In this document: positions 63,984 to 64,000 of the stretch, piece after piece
How positions within the stretch are numbered: position 1 is the first letter of the stretch
How the letters are laid out: each line of letters starts with the position of its first letter
NCBI GenBank assembly: GCA_017621755.1
Contig: JAGASL010000063.1
Coordinates: 12,265 to 76,264 of the forward strand
Direction of reading: 5' to 3'
Length of the DNA stretch: 64,000 nt
Origin: Clostridia bacterium
Lineage (GTDB): Bacteria > Bacillota > Clostridia > Oscillospirales > CAG-272
The notes under the pieces: model-generated
Database searches by the model: none
What the model saw: only the letters and a program-made list of their open reading frames with translations
Told to the model about the DNA's origin: nothing
Program-made: the position numbers and the translations under genes

Positions 63984-64000
63984 CAGGAGAATGTTATGTT

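Noticed and set aside
1-64000. Looked for defence systems, toxin-antitoxin pairs, CRISPR-cas, restriction-modification, retrons and secondary-metabolite clusters
   Set aside because: No nuclease, helicase, methyltransferase, reverse transcriptase, small adjacent TA-like pair or biosynthetic core enzyme motif was recognisable in any frame. Without HMM searches, absence cannot be proven.

Overview
The window looks like a chromosomal segment of a high-GC Firmicutes/Clostridia-type anaerobe. Spot counts of 60-nt lines give about 60% G+C. The lineage guess rests on TTGACA-17-TATAAT promoters, GGAGG ribosome-binding sites, spoVG, a SpoIID-like gene, a T-box leader and glnS; the taxon is inferred, not proven. 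I support about 45 protein genes, 2 tRNAs, one T-box riboswitch, and several promoters and intrinsic terminators.

Gene content, left to right:
- T-box-controlled ABC importer, then a metallophosphoesterase and an Na+/alanine symporter
- marR plus an acyl-CoA ligase, an SGNH esterase, proBAC and a GH3 enzyme
- Cys-repeat/LRR lipoprotein, an MBL hydrolase, glnS and a second SGNH hydrolase
- AraC plus a glycyl-radical-enzyme activase plus an unusually short glycyl radical enzyme
- gdhA, clpC with three peptidoglycan-binding/SpoIID-like genes, and prs
- A 961-aa BspA-type LRR lipoprotein
- AT-rich islet carrying GH2, a YgjV-like protein and a ROK regulator
- GT4-CsaB fusion, spoVG, murC and cca
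- AT-rich XRE-TPR gene, then the GH43-SGNH operon
- AT-rich GH172 gene, then tRNA-Tyr and tRNA-Thr
- secA translationally coupled to two polytopic membrane proteins, then trmL
- D-aspartate-ligase-like ATP-grasp protein plus Asp racemase plus murE
- A putative glycoside hydrolase, glk and glgB

I saw no transposase, integrase, CRISPR/cas or recognisable defence genes.

The most unusual items are:
1. The AraC/activase/667-aa GRE locus.
2. Three lower-GC carbohydrate or regulator islets. Two sit between the arms of inverted repeats that overlap the stop codons of convergent genes.
3. A family of intergenic modules with conserved flanks around variable hairpins, including two word-plus-hairpin arrays.

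All calls come from reading the sequence and motif recognition. No searches were run.
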